Shown here: positions 33,310-45,255 of the stretch, piece by piece
Position numbering within the stretch: the stretch's first letter is position 1
Layout: each line of letters starts with the position of its first letter
Assembly (NCBI GenBank): GCA_038087875.1
Contig: JAXLNO010001544.1
Span: 62,001 to 110,082, forward strand
From: Malacoraja senta
Taxonomy: Eukaryota
Length of the DNA stretch: 48,082 bases
Reading direction: 5' to 3'
Translations under genes and position numbers: made by a program
The notes under the pieces: generated by a model
Told to the model about the DNA's origin: nothing
The model's input: the letters and a program-made list of their open reading frames with translations, nothing else
Databases searched by the model: none

Positions 33310-33800
33310 GCACAGTGGTGTAGCTGGTAGAGCGGCTGCCTCACAGAACCAGAGGCATGAGTTCAATCCTGATCTCCGGTGCTGTCTGTGTGGAATTTGC
33401 ATGTTCTCCAAGAGAGCACATGGGTTTACTCCGGGTTCACTTTCAGACCCCAAAGACGTGTGGGTTTGTTGATTAGATGGACCCTAATGTGTAGGGAATG
33501 GATGAGAAAGTGGGATAACATAGAACTGGTTCATTCGCTCGTGTGTCAGATGATGTAGCTCGCTGTTGGCTTCTGTCGTCGTCCAACATGTTGACAGAAT
33601 TGGCGCCCGATGCGTCACAGAGTGCATCGCATCATCGCTTCCAGGGATCGCCACGAGGAGGCTTCTGTCATGATCCCTATAGAACTGGTGTGAACGGGTG
33701 ATCAATGTTTGGCATGGACTCCATGGGACAAGGGGTCTGTTTCCACCCTATATCTCTAAACCAAACTAAATTAAACTAAATTAAACTAAAACTAAGAATT
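33310..33800 (+). mobile_element. HE1/V-SINE carrying a 148-bp insert
   Basis: SINE head, V-domain and (AAACT)n tail; insert 33531-33678 flanked by ATAGAACTGGT at 33520-33530 and 33679-33689. Confidence 0.85.
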
Positions 33801-34699
33801 AAACTAAAAACGGAACTAAAACTTCAACCTCTTTGGTCAACGTGTTCCCAGATCCTATCATCCTTACCTTTCATTTCTCCAGGAAGCTGTTAGCCCTGAA
33901 TTTGCACAAATATCACTTTAGAAGATTCCCACTATTTGGATGTTGTTCTACCCACAACCAAATGCTTGTCTACTCTACTAACCTATCTACTTCCACCAGG
34001 TCCTGTCTTATTGAAATCGGGCTTCCCCAATTTAGAACTTTCACTTCCGCACCAATTTTCTCCCTTTCCATAACTGCCTTGAAACTTAAAGCAAAATGAC
34101 ACCTATCTCCAACATGATTCATTGATAAAAAGCAAAATTGCTGGAAGAATACAGCTTGTCATGCAGCATCTGTGCACGAGTCTGGATCCGAAACTTCAAC
34201 TGTCAATGTCCCTTCCCAGAGGAACATAAAAATGCTGGAGAAACTCAGCGGGTGCAGCAGCATCTATGGAGCGAAGGAAATAGGCAACGTTTTGGGCCGA
34301 AACCCTTCTTCAGACCCTTCCCAGACGTTGCCTGACCCCCTGAGTTCCTCCTGCATTTTGTTTATTGCTCCACATTCCAGTATCTGCCATCTCTTGTGTC
34401 TCCATGCTCCAGGAGCACTGCTACCATTTGCCCATCCTTACTTCCCAAGATTACATCCAGTACAGCTTATAGGACTATCTACGTATTGGCTGAAAAATCT
34501 GCACTGGGTTCACTTTACTAATTCTTCCCCATTTAAACTTATTGCACTAAAGCACTCTCAGTCAATACTAGAGAAGTTTAAATCCCCTACTACTATAACA
34601 CAAATTGTCAACATTAGAACGCTTATTGAGAAATGAGGCAGGGCAAGTGACTGAAGCATCAGTGGGGTAGCACTTTGGGAGAATGGCCATACTTCCATC

Positions 34700-35670
34700 A
34701 GTTAGAAATGGCTTATTTATAGAAGACAGGGAGTTGTGGTGGAAGGCAGATATTCTGGCTGGAGTTATTTGACCAGTGGAGTGCAGCAGGATCTGTACTG
34801 GGACCTCTGCTCTTTGTGATGTATATAAATGACCAACATGTAATTGTATATGGGTTGGTGAGTAGGTTTGCAGATTATACCTACATTGGAGGAGTTGCAG
34901 ACAGCGAGGAATGCTGTCAGAAGATACAGGGGATTATAGATCAGCATCATATGGGCAGAGATATGGCAGATGGAGTTTAACCCTAGAAAGTGTGAGGTGT
35001 TGCATTTTGGGAGGTTGAATGTAAAGGAAGAATATACAGATAATGGCAAGACCCTAAACAGCATTGATGTGCATTGAGTGATCTTGGAGTCCAAGTTCAT
35101 AGCTCTAGAGAAGGTGCAGAGGAGGTTGACCAGAATGCTACCTGCAGCAATGGATTTCAGCTGCAGGGAGAGATGGGATAGACATGGATTGTTTTCTCTG
35201 GAACATCAGAGGTTGAAGGAGATTTGATAGAAATATGTACAATTATGAGGTATAGATAGGGTAGTCAGTCAGAACCTATTTCCCAGAGTGGAAATGTCCA
35301 ACCATAAAGGGTATGTTTTATCAGGACGGGGGTAGTTCCCACCACTACTGGTACCATGTAATCCCGTGCTACCTGCTCCATGATCGCTTAGTCGGCGACT
35401 AAACCATCTCCCCCACCTGGGGGCTGTGGACCCCAGCAGGACCAAAAACAAGATCTGTCAAAGGGCGGATGAGCTCCTAGCGAGCCAACGGCCATCCACA
35501 CTTCAGTAGAAGTTGCGATCACTGTTGTACATAGCATTACAAGGCACCGTGCCTGTTGATGATGATGATGATAAAGGGTATAGCAATATGGTGAGAGAGG
35601 GAAATTTTAATGTACGGGGCAAGGTTTTTACACAGAGAGTGGTGTGGGCCTGGAATGCATTCATCCTCCA
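34700..35670 (+). mobile_element. Degenerate CR1 with a short (GAT)n-tailed retroposon at 35315-35570
   Basis: CR1 RT remnants; insert bounded by ATAAAGGGTAT at 35304-35314 and 35571-35581. Confidence 0.8.
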
Positions 35671-36329
35671 CAGTGGAACTGTTGGTTTGTTTAGAAAAGT
35701 CTCTGTACATATGAAAGTTGCACATTATTCCTGCAGTGTTAATTTTCCTGTTTGATGCCCTTCTTTCCATTACCACAACAGTTTGGATGCCTATAGACAA
35801 CTCCCACCAAGGTCTTCTGACAATTGCTGCTTCTTCGATTCAACCCTCACTGATTCCACACCTTTGTGTTTGTCTTTGGTATAAATCAGGATCGGCAGTT
35901 CCTTATTATTATCTTTAATCTTTCCCAATTCTGACATAGGATCGCAGAACAGAAATGTGTACCATTTCCCTTTTCACAGATGCTGTCTGACCTGCTAGGT
36001 ATTTCCAGAATTTTGAGGTTTTAGTTCATGTTTGCAGAATCAGCAGTATCTTGATTTTCGTGGAATGGGAAATGTTGATTAGAAAAGATCAGTTACTGAA
36101 AACAAACACACAAGGGCAGTGAGTGGTTAACAGGGGAAATGTGTTGTTAGTCTTTTTTGAAAGAGGTTTATGCACAATAGGAAGGATATTGCAACAATTA
36201 CACCGGGCCATTTTCATGTTCCAACCCAGGGGTATAATTACCGAATGCAGAAATTATAATGTGTCTGCAGCTTGCTTGCTTATTTCTTTTCATAACCTGG
36301 GTGGGAAAGAATCAGGTCTTGGGTAGATG

Positions 36330-36750
36330 TTTGAGTACCAATTTACATTAAGCTGGAAAAAGTGCAGAAATTATTTGCAAGGAGATTTGCCAGGACTCGA
36401 GAAACTCAGTTATAGGGAGAAGTTAGGTAAGCTGGGAATTTTTTCCCTGGAGCACAGGTGATTGAGGGGTGATCAATAGTGGTGCATAAAATCATGAGGG
36501 TTATGGATAGGATGAACTCACAGTCTTTTCCCAGGGTTGGGTAATAAAAAAACCAGAGATCATAGGGTTAAAGTGAGAGGGGAAAAATGTAAAGGAACTA
36601 GAGGAGCAAAAGATGGTGTTTGCTATATGAAACATGAGGCAAGTACAATTCAACATTTAAAAGACATTTGGACAGATGCATGGATAGGAAAGTGTTTGAG
36701 AGATGTGAGCAAACATGGGAAAATGGGACCAGACTAGTTAGGGCTGTATG
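36330..36750 (+). mobile_element. Old CR1 3' fragment
   Basis: LGIFSLEHR.LRGD and TRDHRVKVRG remnants. Confidence 0.7.
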
Positions 36751-37099
36751 ACTCGATGACTCTCCACTTTTGTCCGTTTTTGTTGTGGAATACAGATTTT
36801 TTTTCCCCGTGATCGGTAATTTCCATGATCTATTTGATAATCTTGCCTGGGTTTGACCTTATTGAATCTGATGAATGTTCACCTGCCTGAAACTAACTTG
36901 GTTTCTCTCCCTACCCACTGCTCTGAGCTGCTGACTGTTCCTGGCTTTTGTATTATTTTCCTTCCTGCCTCTGCAATCTTTTGCCTGTATCCCTTTATTG
37001 GACCAATAGTTCCTCCTGGGTAATTTTCTCACTCCTCATAGATAATAAAATCTATTGTCGTTAGTTATGAATTTCTTCACACTTGCTTTTAATAGAAAC

Positions 37100-38110
37100 A
37101 TATATGTCAGGCTATTGTTCATTGACTGAGGCACAGCATTCAACACCATCATCCTGTCCAATCTCAGGGATCGGGGTCTCTGCTCCACCCTATTCAACAG
37201 GTTGCTCAACTTCACCTCCCTGACCATCAGCACAGGGGCACCTCAAGGCTGTGTGTTCAAACCCCTGATCTACCCTCTATATACACGTGACTGTGTAGCC
37301 AGATGCAGCTCCAAAGCCATCTTTAAATTCTCCAATTATACCACCATCCTTGGATGAGTAATGGCTAATGCTGAGTCAGGGAACTGGAGGGAGATCGATA
37401 ATGTAGTTGAGTGGTGTCAGAACAAGAATTTTGCTCTCAGCACCAGCAAGAAAAAGGAACAGGTTATTGATTTCAGGAAGGGAAAGCCAAGGGACTATGC
37501 ACCTGTCCATGTTGGTGGAATGGCAATGGAGAAAGAGTTAAAGGCTTCATGTTCCTGGGCTTTCACATCTCTGATGGCCTGTCCTGAGCCCAGCACACTG
37601 GTGCAATCACAAAGAAAGCTCACCAATGCTTCTACTTCTTCAGAGGTTTGAGGAGATTTGCCATGTTGCCCAATACTCCGCAAGTGTACAGTGGACAGGT
37701 TACTAGCTGGTTGCATCATGGACTTGTTCGAAAATTGGAATGGTCAGGATTGAAGGAGGCAGCAAAAAGCAGTGTACATTGCCCAGTCCATCATCGATAC
37801 TGGCCTCCACACCATCGAAGGGTACTACAGGAAGTGCTGTCTCAAGTAGACAGCTAATATCATCAAGATCCACACCATTCAGCCCACCGTCAAGACCTAC
37901 ACCATCCAGTAACCACACATTTCACTGTACCAACTGGTACATGTGACAAATAAATGCATCTTTATCTCTCTTCTCACTGCTATCATCGGGAAGCAGGTGC
38001 TGGAGCCCGAGAACTTGAAGCCTCCAGGTTCAAGAACACCTTTTCCAATCAACCAACAGGTAATTTAATTAATTTGTACACTCTAACCACAACCCTATCT
38101 CAGCACTGAA
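37100..38110 (+). mobile_element. Degenerate Rex1/Babar LINE (RT to 3' end)
   Basis: YVRLLFID..AFNTII, STGAPQGCV, LSTSKKKEQVIDFRK, SFKFLG-like motifs. Confidence 0.85.
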
Positions 38111-38219
38111 CAGACTTTGCATGACTGTGGTTACTTTACATACTTTGGTAATGTTTTATCATCATCTTGTTTAGTTAGATAACTTATGGTGCTCTTGTTG
38201 TTGCTGTTCTGATGAATCT

Positions 38220-38430
38220 TTACTATAGAGATACAGCGTGGAATCAACCCCATTGGCCCACTGAGTACGCGCCAACAAGCGATCACCCCGTACACTAGCG
38301 TTATCCCACACACTAGAGACAATTTAACCAAAGCCAGTTAATGTACAAACGTGTATGTTTTTGGAGTGTTGGAAGAAACCAAAACACTCTCACACGGTCA
38401 CACAGAGAATGTACAAACTCCGTACAGATT
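38220..38430 (-). mobile_element. HE1/V-SINE, 5'-truncated
   Basis: Reverse complement of SINE 3' half and V-domain (GAGAATGTACAAACTCCGTACAGA). Confidence 0.8.
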
Positions 38431-38744
38431 AATGTGCCTATAGCTAGTAAGTAAGAATTTAATTGCTCCAGTCCACTTCCACCGCATATGAAAAATAAAC
38501 ACTCTTCCCGTTATTATATCCCCTTCATACATCTCATTACTTTTCTTCCCTCCATTACATCCGCCTGTTTAATCTCCACTCTTTCTTGCATTTGTATAAG
38601 GCATTTCTTTTAGATATGGGTTGCGAATGTACACGTGTTTCCTATCTTCTGATATTTCAGCCAAATAATTTGCTCAGAGATGAATCAGAACAGCCTCAGA
38701 TGACTTCTAAACCTTGATTAACAAAGCAGTGAGACCAATTGGTA

Positions 38745-39165
38745 TCAATAGACAATAGACAATAGGTGCAGGAGTAGACCATTCGGCCCTTCGAACCAGC
38801 ACCACCATTCATGTGATTATGTCTGATCATCCACAATCAGTGCACCGTTCCTGCTTTCTCCCCATATCCCCTGACTGCGCTATCTTTAAGAGCCCTATCA
38901 AGCTCTCTCTTGAAAGTATCCAGAGAACCAGCCTCCACTGCCCTCTGAGGCAGAGAATTCCACAGGCTCACAACTCTCTGTGAGAAAAAGTGTTTCCTCA
39001 TCTCCGTTCTAAATGCCTTACCCCTCATTCTTAAACTGTGGCCCCTGGCTCTGGACTTCCCCAACATTGGGAACATGTTTCCTGCCTCTAGCGTGTCCAA
39101 ACCCTTAATAATCATATACGTTTCAATAAGAATCCCACTCATCCTTCTAAATTCCAGAGTATGCA
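38745..39165 (-). mobile_element. HER1/CR1 3' end
   Basis: LEFRRMSGILIETY...RTEMRKHFFSQRVVSLWNSLP; (CAATAGA)n tail. Confidence 0.92.
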
Positions 39166-39363
39166 AGCATGCTAGGAACTCCAGAGCAGTACACTTCAGT
39201 GTCCTTCTCACAGTGAACCAAGAACACAAAACTTCTCAATTTTAAACAGAAATATTCAACTGTAAAATCGTAGATACACATCACGTCCCATGATATGTAA
39301 ATTGAACTTGAAAGCAGATGAAACTAACCCAGACTGGGCGACCCATCCTGGGACTGTACTTAT

Positions 39364-39412
39364 CCACTGCATAGAGGAACAGAGGCAAAGTGGAGAATAT
39401 CAGTGCAAACAT
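39364..39412 (-). pseudogene. Candidate signal-peptide exon (MFALIFSTLPLFLYAV) with non-canonical donor
   Basis: aacATG with A at -3; 16 mostly hydrophobic codons + 1 nt (49 nt, Ig-leader size), followed by ATAAGT, one substitution from GTAAGT. Lies in non-repeat DNA with a PU.1-type site upstream. Linkage to the V exon is inferred. Confidence 0.45.
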
Positions 39413-39538
39413 GTTGTTAAACTTGGTTTGCAAGGATTAGACTTTAGTTCATTCTGATGTTCCCGTTGCTGTTTTTTGGAAGTGACTGACCTCTTCGACT
39501 TCCCAACAAGACTGTTTCATCACAAATGCGTGGAGTGT

Positions 39539-39549
39539 AAAGAGGAAGT
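39539..39549 (+). promoter_or_regulatory. PU.1/Ets-type motif AAAGAGGAAGT
   Basis: Matches the purine-rich Spi1 consensus, ~130 bp upstream of the candidate ATG at 39412. Motif match only. Confidence 0.35.
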
Positions 39550-39979
39550 CAGGGGGAAAGTGGGCAGTGGAAACCACCGAAAATATTCTCTCAAACTGTA
39601 GGCAGATCATCAGAGTAGTTTTCACCATTCTCTCTGGATGCACCAACGATGGTCACAGAGGCAAGTTTCAGACGTACCGAGGGCAAACATAGTCACCCCT
39701 GATGTTCATGCACATTTTTCAGATGCAAATGTGGAAACAAAAACTGATTCTCTGATTCATTTTTGTCTTATCTTGGGAAAATTAGGGAAATTGGGAAGGG
39801 CAAGTGACTCCCTAGTGTTTTTGAGGCCCTCTGAGGGGGCGCTGTAAACAGTTTATGTATGTATTGTTAGGTCTGTGTACCATTGTATGTAGCACATTAG
39901 TATCTGCACTGATGTACAGCACTTTGGTCAACGTGAGTTGTTTTTAAATGTGCTATACAAATAAAATTGACTGACTGAC

Positions 39980-40385
39980 TCAGTAGGTGAGGTTTTTGGA
40001 ACAAGCGAACACAGGTCTATTATCTTTAAAATAGTTTTTAAAAAGATAGGCCGGCCCACTTCTGAATTGGGTCAAGGTGAACTTTAGTATCAGACAGGAA
40101 CTTGCTAAAGTTGATTAGAATAGGCTTTTAAAAGTGTGATGTCAAGAATTCAATGTTTGCATATTCCTGTTGGAATGAAAGGCAAGGCAGGTGGGAATAA
40201 GGGAACTTGGATGAGGAGAGAAATTGAGGCTGTCAGGAAGAAGGAGGAGGCAAGGACCAGGTATAGGGAGTTGGGCTCGTGCACCCTAGGAGGGGTTTTG
40301 AGAACTGAAGAGCAGGATTAAAACGGAAATCAGGAGGGCAACAAGGGGGCAGGGGATAGCTGTGGCAGATAATATAAAATAAAAT
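39980..40385 (+). mobile_element. CR1 endonuclease-RT linker fragment
   Basis: FGTSEHRSIIFKIV, KGTWMRREIEA remnants. Confidence 0.65.
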
Positions 40386-40582
40386 TGAGTTTAATGATTT
40401 GAAATAACAAGGAACTTCAGATGCTGGTTTGTACCAAAGATAGACACAAAATACTGGAGTAAATCAACAGCAACTCTGGAGAAAATGGATAGGTGACGTT
40501 TTGGGACAGGACCCTTCTTCAGACTGACTGCAGAGGGGAGCACAAGAAAAGTGGAAGAGAGAAGAAGGGTTGGAGTGAGTGG

Positions 40583-41548
40583 GGGCGCCGTCGAGTATGG
40601 TTGCCCAGCCTGCAGCTGTCCGTCCTTTCGCCCTTTTTTTGTTTTTTAGTGCTTTAAAAAGTTTTGTTTTGGAAGTCTAGTCTTTTTATGTGGGGCGGTG
40701 GGGGGGAGGGGGGAAGGGGGAAACTGTTATTTCTCAGTCCCTACCTGGTCGGAGATGTGGCTTTCCTCCGAGCCGCATCTTCGCCCCTTCCTCGCGGCCA
40801 ACCAACGGGACTGGAGCGGCGTTTCCTGCCGGGACTGGCCAGAACTTCAGCTTCAGCGGCGGCGCAGCGCTGAAGTACCAGCGCGGAGTGGGCGATACCT
40901 TACCGAGGGTCGCCGTGTGATAAGCTCCGGAGTGCTGTGACCGCCGACTCCAACATCGCGGAGCTGTCGTTGCGGAGCGTCCAGCCGGCGGGCGGCGCTG
41001 AGTTTAAACACCGCGGAGCTTGGGATCTCTCGCCGAGATCGCCAGTGTTGGAGCTCCGACCAGCGCGGCCTGTGGACTTCGGGACCGCGGTCTCTGGGAG
41101 CAAGCGGCCGTTCCAGACACTCCAAGCCGCTGAAGTGTTCTCCCGACGCCGGAGATCCATCATCCGGCGAGAGGGCCTGGTACATCGGGCCGCCGTTGCG
41201 GCGACTGCGGAGGCCTCAAATAGGCCCCGAGCATGGGGTGAACAAGAGGATGAGGACTGGACTTTGTTGCCTTCCCTCACAGTGGGAACCATTGTAGGGG
41301 GATGTTTTATGTTTGGTGTTAAATTCTTCTTTGGTGTTGTGTCTTATTTTTATTGGTGTGCTGCAAATGAGAAATTGAGAAAATGGCTGCCGGAAGTGAG
41401 AGTGAACGTTGGCGCGACTAGCTGCCACTCCTCTCTCTCCGAATACTGTAATTTGTTGCAAACTTGTAATTTGTCTGTAAACTGGATTTAACTGTAAGGT
41501 GTCCTGAAAGGCGTCCATCAATAAAATGCATTATTATTATTATTATTA
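40583..41548 (+). mobile_element. GC-rich non-autonomous retroposon, family X (copy 2)
   Basis: Head GGGGCGCCGTCG...; CpG-dense body; 3' AATAAAATGCA(TTA)n with an L2/Rex-like tail. Confidence 0.7.
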
Positions 41549-42029
41549 AATCACGGCCGGTAACAAATCAGAAGAGGGGGTTCCAAGGATAAATGCTAGA
41601 GATAGTTTGCAACTATGTATAACCGTTGGGCTCACAACTGCTTCTGCAAAGCTAGTTTTTAATGAAGACCATTTAGTAAAGACTATTGCTGGAAGGGGTG
41701 GGGGGAAGAAACTGGTGCAAGGTTAGCCAGGATTCAGGTGAAGGGAGACAGACACAATGCTGGAGTAACTCAGCAGGACAGGCAGCATCTCCGGATAGAA
41801 GGAATGGTGACGTTTCGGGTCGAGACCGAAATGGTGTTGACCTGAAATGTCACCCATTCCTGCTATCCAGAGATGCTGCCTGTCCTGCTGCGTTACTCCA
41901 GCATTTTGTGTCCATCTTCGGTGAAAACCAGCACTTGCAGTTCCTTCCTACATATTCAGGTGAAGGGAGTGGAGGAGAGGTAAAGCGAGGGGAGAGTGAG
42001 GAGAGAGAAAAAAAGGAGGGGAAGGGAGG

Positions 42030-42450
42030 TGTTTGTAGATGTTAGCTAAAGTTGTTAAAGATTTGATAATTGAGGAGTTGAAAACTGAGCTTTTTGAAGA
42101 AGTAACCAAAAAGGTTGATGAGGGCACAGCCATAGATGCTGGAGGTACTCCAGTATTTTGTGTCTCTCCTTTGTGAACCAGCATCTGCAGTTCCTTGTTT
42201 CTACATAGACATTGTTCATATAGACCAGCAAGGACTTTGATGAGATTCTGCATGGTAAGTTGCTCTGGAAGTTTAGATCATATAGGATTCAAAGATGAGC
42301 TGACTGGATAAATAATTGGCTTCGTGGACGGGTGATGATGGAAGGATGTTTTTTTGGACTGGAGGCCTGTGAATAGTGGTATGTCCCAGGTATCAATGCT
42401 GGACCATTTGCTTATTGTGGATCACTGATTTGGATGAGAATGTAGACTGT
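42030..42450 (+). mobile_element. CR1 RT fragment with a pLTR-type unit inserted (~42140-42210)
   Basis: FEEVTKKVDEG, SGMSQVSMLDHLL (degenerate GVPQGSVLGP). Confidence 0.7.
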
Positions 42451-42479
42451 GGTAGGGTTGCTGGAATGCGCCATCTGGT

Positions 42480-43630
42480 CCGGCAACATCTCTGGAGAAC
42501 ATGTGTAAGAAGGAACTGCAGATGCTGGTTTAAACTGAAGATAGACATAAAAAGCTGGAGTAACTCAGCGGTACAGGCAGCATCTCTGGAGAGAAGGAAT
42601 GGGTGACATTTTGGGTTGAGACCCTTCTTCAGACTGGTTAGGGATAAGGGAAACGAGAGATATAGACGGTGGTGCGGGGAGACAAAGTACAACGAATGAA
42701 AGATATGCAAAAAAGTAACGATGATAAAGGAAACAGGCCATTGTTAGCTGTTTGTAGGGAGAAAATGCGAAGCTAGTGCTACTTGGGTGAAAGTTGCCTA
42801 AAGAGAGAGGGAATGCCAGGGCTACCTGAAGTGAGAGAAATCAATATTCATTCCACTGGACTGTAAGCTGCCCAAGCGGAATATGAGATGCTGTTCCTCC
42901 AATTTGCATTTAGCCTCACTCTGACAATGGAGGAGACCGAGGACTGAAAGGTCTGGTAGTAATGGAAAGGAGAATTAATCTGTCCAGCAAAGGGGAGATA
43001 GGGTAGGTTCAGGCGGGCTAAGCGAAGGTTTTCCGCAAAACGATCGCCCATTCTACGTTTGGTCTCACTGATGTATAAGAGTCCACATCTTGAACAACAG
43101 ATACAGTTGATGAGGTTGAAGGAGGTGCAAGTGAACCTCTGCCTAACCTGAAAGGACTGTCGGGGTCCCTGGACAGAGTCAAGGGAGGAGGTATAGCGAC
43201 AGGTGTTGTATCTTCTATGGTTGCAGGGGAAGTTACCTGGGGTGGTTTGGGTGGGAAGGGATGAGTTAACCAGGGAGTTGAGGAGGGAATGGTCTCTGCT
43301 GAAGGCGGAGAGGGGTGAAGATGGGAAAATGTGGCTAGTGGTGGGACCCCGTTGGAGGTGGCGGATATTTTGATTATGTACTGTATGTGCGCCCAGGAAG
43401 CGGTGTTCAACAATGGGACATCCGAGATGTCCTCATTCTCTAGGGAATGGGGGTTCCCTTCTCCCATCATAGATGAGGCCCTCACTCGTGTCTTCTCAGT
43501 ACCCAGCAGCTCCGCCCTTGCTCCTCCTACACCTAGTCACAACAGAGACAGTCCCCTAGTCCTTACCTACCACCCCATCATCCGTCGCATACAACACATA
43601 ATCCTCCGAAATTTCCGCCACCTCCCCGAT
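42480..43630. mobile_element. Penelope-like element with inverted 5' portion
   Basis: 42480-43375 on minus (GPRQSFQVRQRFTCTSFNLINCICCSRCGLLYISETKRRMGDRF); 43378-43630 on plus (upstream part, ending HIILRNFRHL). Confidence 0.85.
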
Positions 43631-44485
43631 GTAGGAGCCTGAAAACTGTAATGTCGAGGTTCAGGAATACCTTCTTCCATACAGCCATCAGACTGTTAAA
43701 CACTGCAAACTCCAAATAAGCTCTGAACTACATAGACTTGGGGCATTTGTTTTGTCTTTTCGCACTATTATTGTTTTTCTTTTGTGTATGTATGTGCATG
43801 CACATACTCCTGAACTTTTCATTTGTTATACTCTTGACTCTTGTAAGGGGTGAGGAAGAAATTGGAAGAAATAAATAGTTATAGATGGATGTCCCTGCTG
43901 CAGAATTGGCCAATTCTGACACAAACAGGAAAGGCTGCTTATCTGAAATTGTTGAATTCGGTACTGAGGGAAGAAGATGAGGGCTTGATAGGTTTCATTG
44001 GAAAGATGTTGAAGGGCAAAGAGAGAGATCTGAGTGGGGATGGGAAGGAGAATTAAAGTGGGGAGCAAGATTTGTGGACTGAGTGAACTGGTATGACTTA
44101 GACTTTTAGCTGTGCAGTCAAACAGATACCAAGAAGAGAGCTGTGAAATAAGCAGAGATAGACACAAAATGCTGGAGTAACTCAGCGAGACAGGCAGCAT
44201 CTCTGGAGAGAATGAATGGGAGATGTTTCGGGTTGAGACTCTACTTCAGACTGATGTGAAATAAGCATCCTTGGTAGGAAGTGAACACTTACCTCACAGC
44301 ATTGAGTGCCGCAAAGGTCATTAATCTTGCAACCTACAGTATAGTACTAAATGTACATAAACACTGAAATATCAACACTACTTTACTTCTCGTTGAAGAA
44401 AAGTAACAAGTGCAAACATAAGAACTAGGAGTAAGATTTGTCCATTTGATCCCAAGTGCTTACAACACCATATATTATACCACCA

Positions 44486-45255
44486 GGGGCGCCGCATGAT
44501 TGGCAGCCCCGCCAACAGTCTCTGTTTATTTGTCTTTTTTTGTTATTTTTGGTGTGTTTCAAAAGTTTGGGTAAATGTTCTCCGATTTGTTTTAAGTGGG
44601 GGTAGGGGGAGGCGGTCAGGGGAAACTTTTTTTCAATCTCTTGCCAGATATGCGATTGTTTTCCGGGTCGTATCTCCAGTCACTCTGCGGCCTAACATCG
44701 ATGGAGCTGGAGGCCTGCTCGGACTGACTTTGAGCCCCACCTCAGGGCGTGGACTTAACATCAGAGCCGATCCCTTGCCTGGGATCGCTCCAACCTCGGC
44801 CTATGGACTTTACCATCGAAAGCTAGCAGTCTCGAGTAGAGACCGTAGATGTCGGGAGCTCCAACGATGCAGAAGGTTTGACCAACCCCACCAGGGGTCC
44901 GATCGCCAGCGCGGTGGAGCAAAGATTTCCCCCCCCCCCCCCCGAATCAGGAGCTGATCACCCCGATGCGGAAGGCCCAAACGCCGCCGGTTACAAGAGT
45001 CAAGATCATCCCGTCAACGGAAGGGTCGAGGCCCCTGACCACGGAAGAACAAAGAAGGGAAAAATTGAACTTTTTTTCGCCTTCCATCACAGTGAGGAAT
45101 GTGGAGGAGTCACTGTGGTGGATGTTTATGTTCAAATGTATTTTGTGTGTTTCGTAGCTTTTTATTTGTATGACCTTGGCAAATGAAATTCCTCATATTT
45201 TGCAAAACATACTTGGCTAATAAAGTATTATTATATTGTATTATTGTATTATTCT
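44486..45255 (+). mobile_element. GC-rich non-autonomous retroposon, family X-related (copy 3)
   Basis: Head GGGGCGCCGCATGATTGGCAGCC...GGGGAAACT; subterminal gccttccatcacagtg; tail gcaaatgaaattcctc...cttggctaataaagta. Confidence 0.65.

Noticed and set aside
33600-33609. TGGCGCCCGA resembling a tRNA-Lys primer-binding site
   Set aside because: Only 10 nt match and there is no adjacent LTR end or gag sequence.
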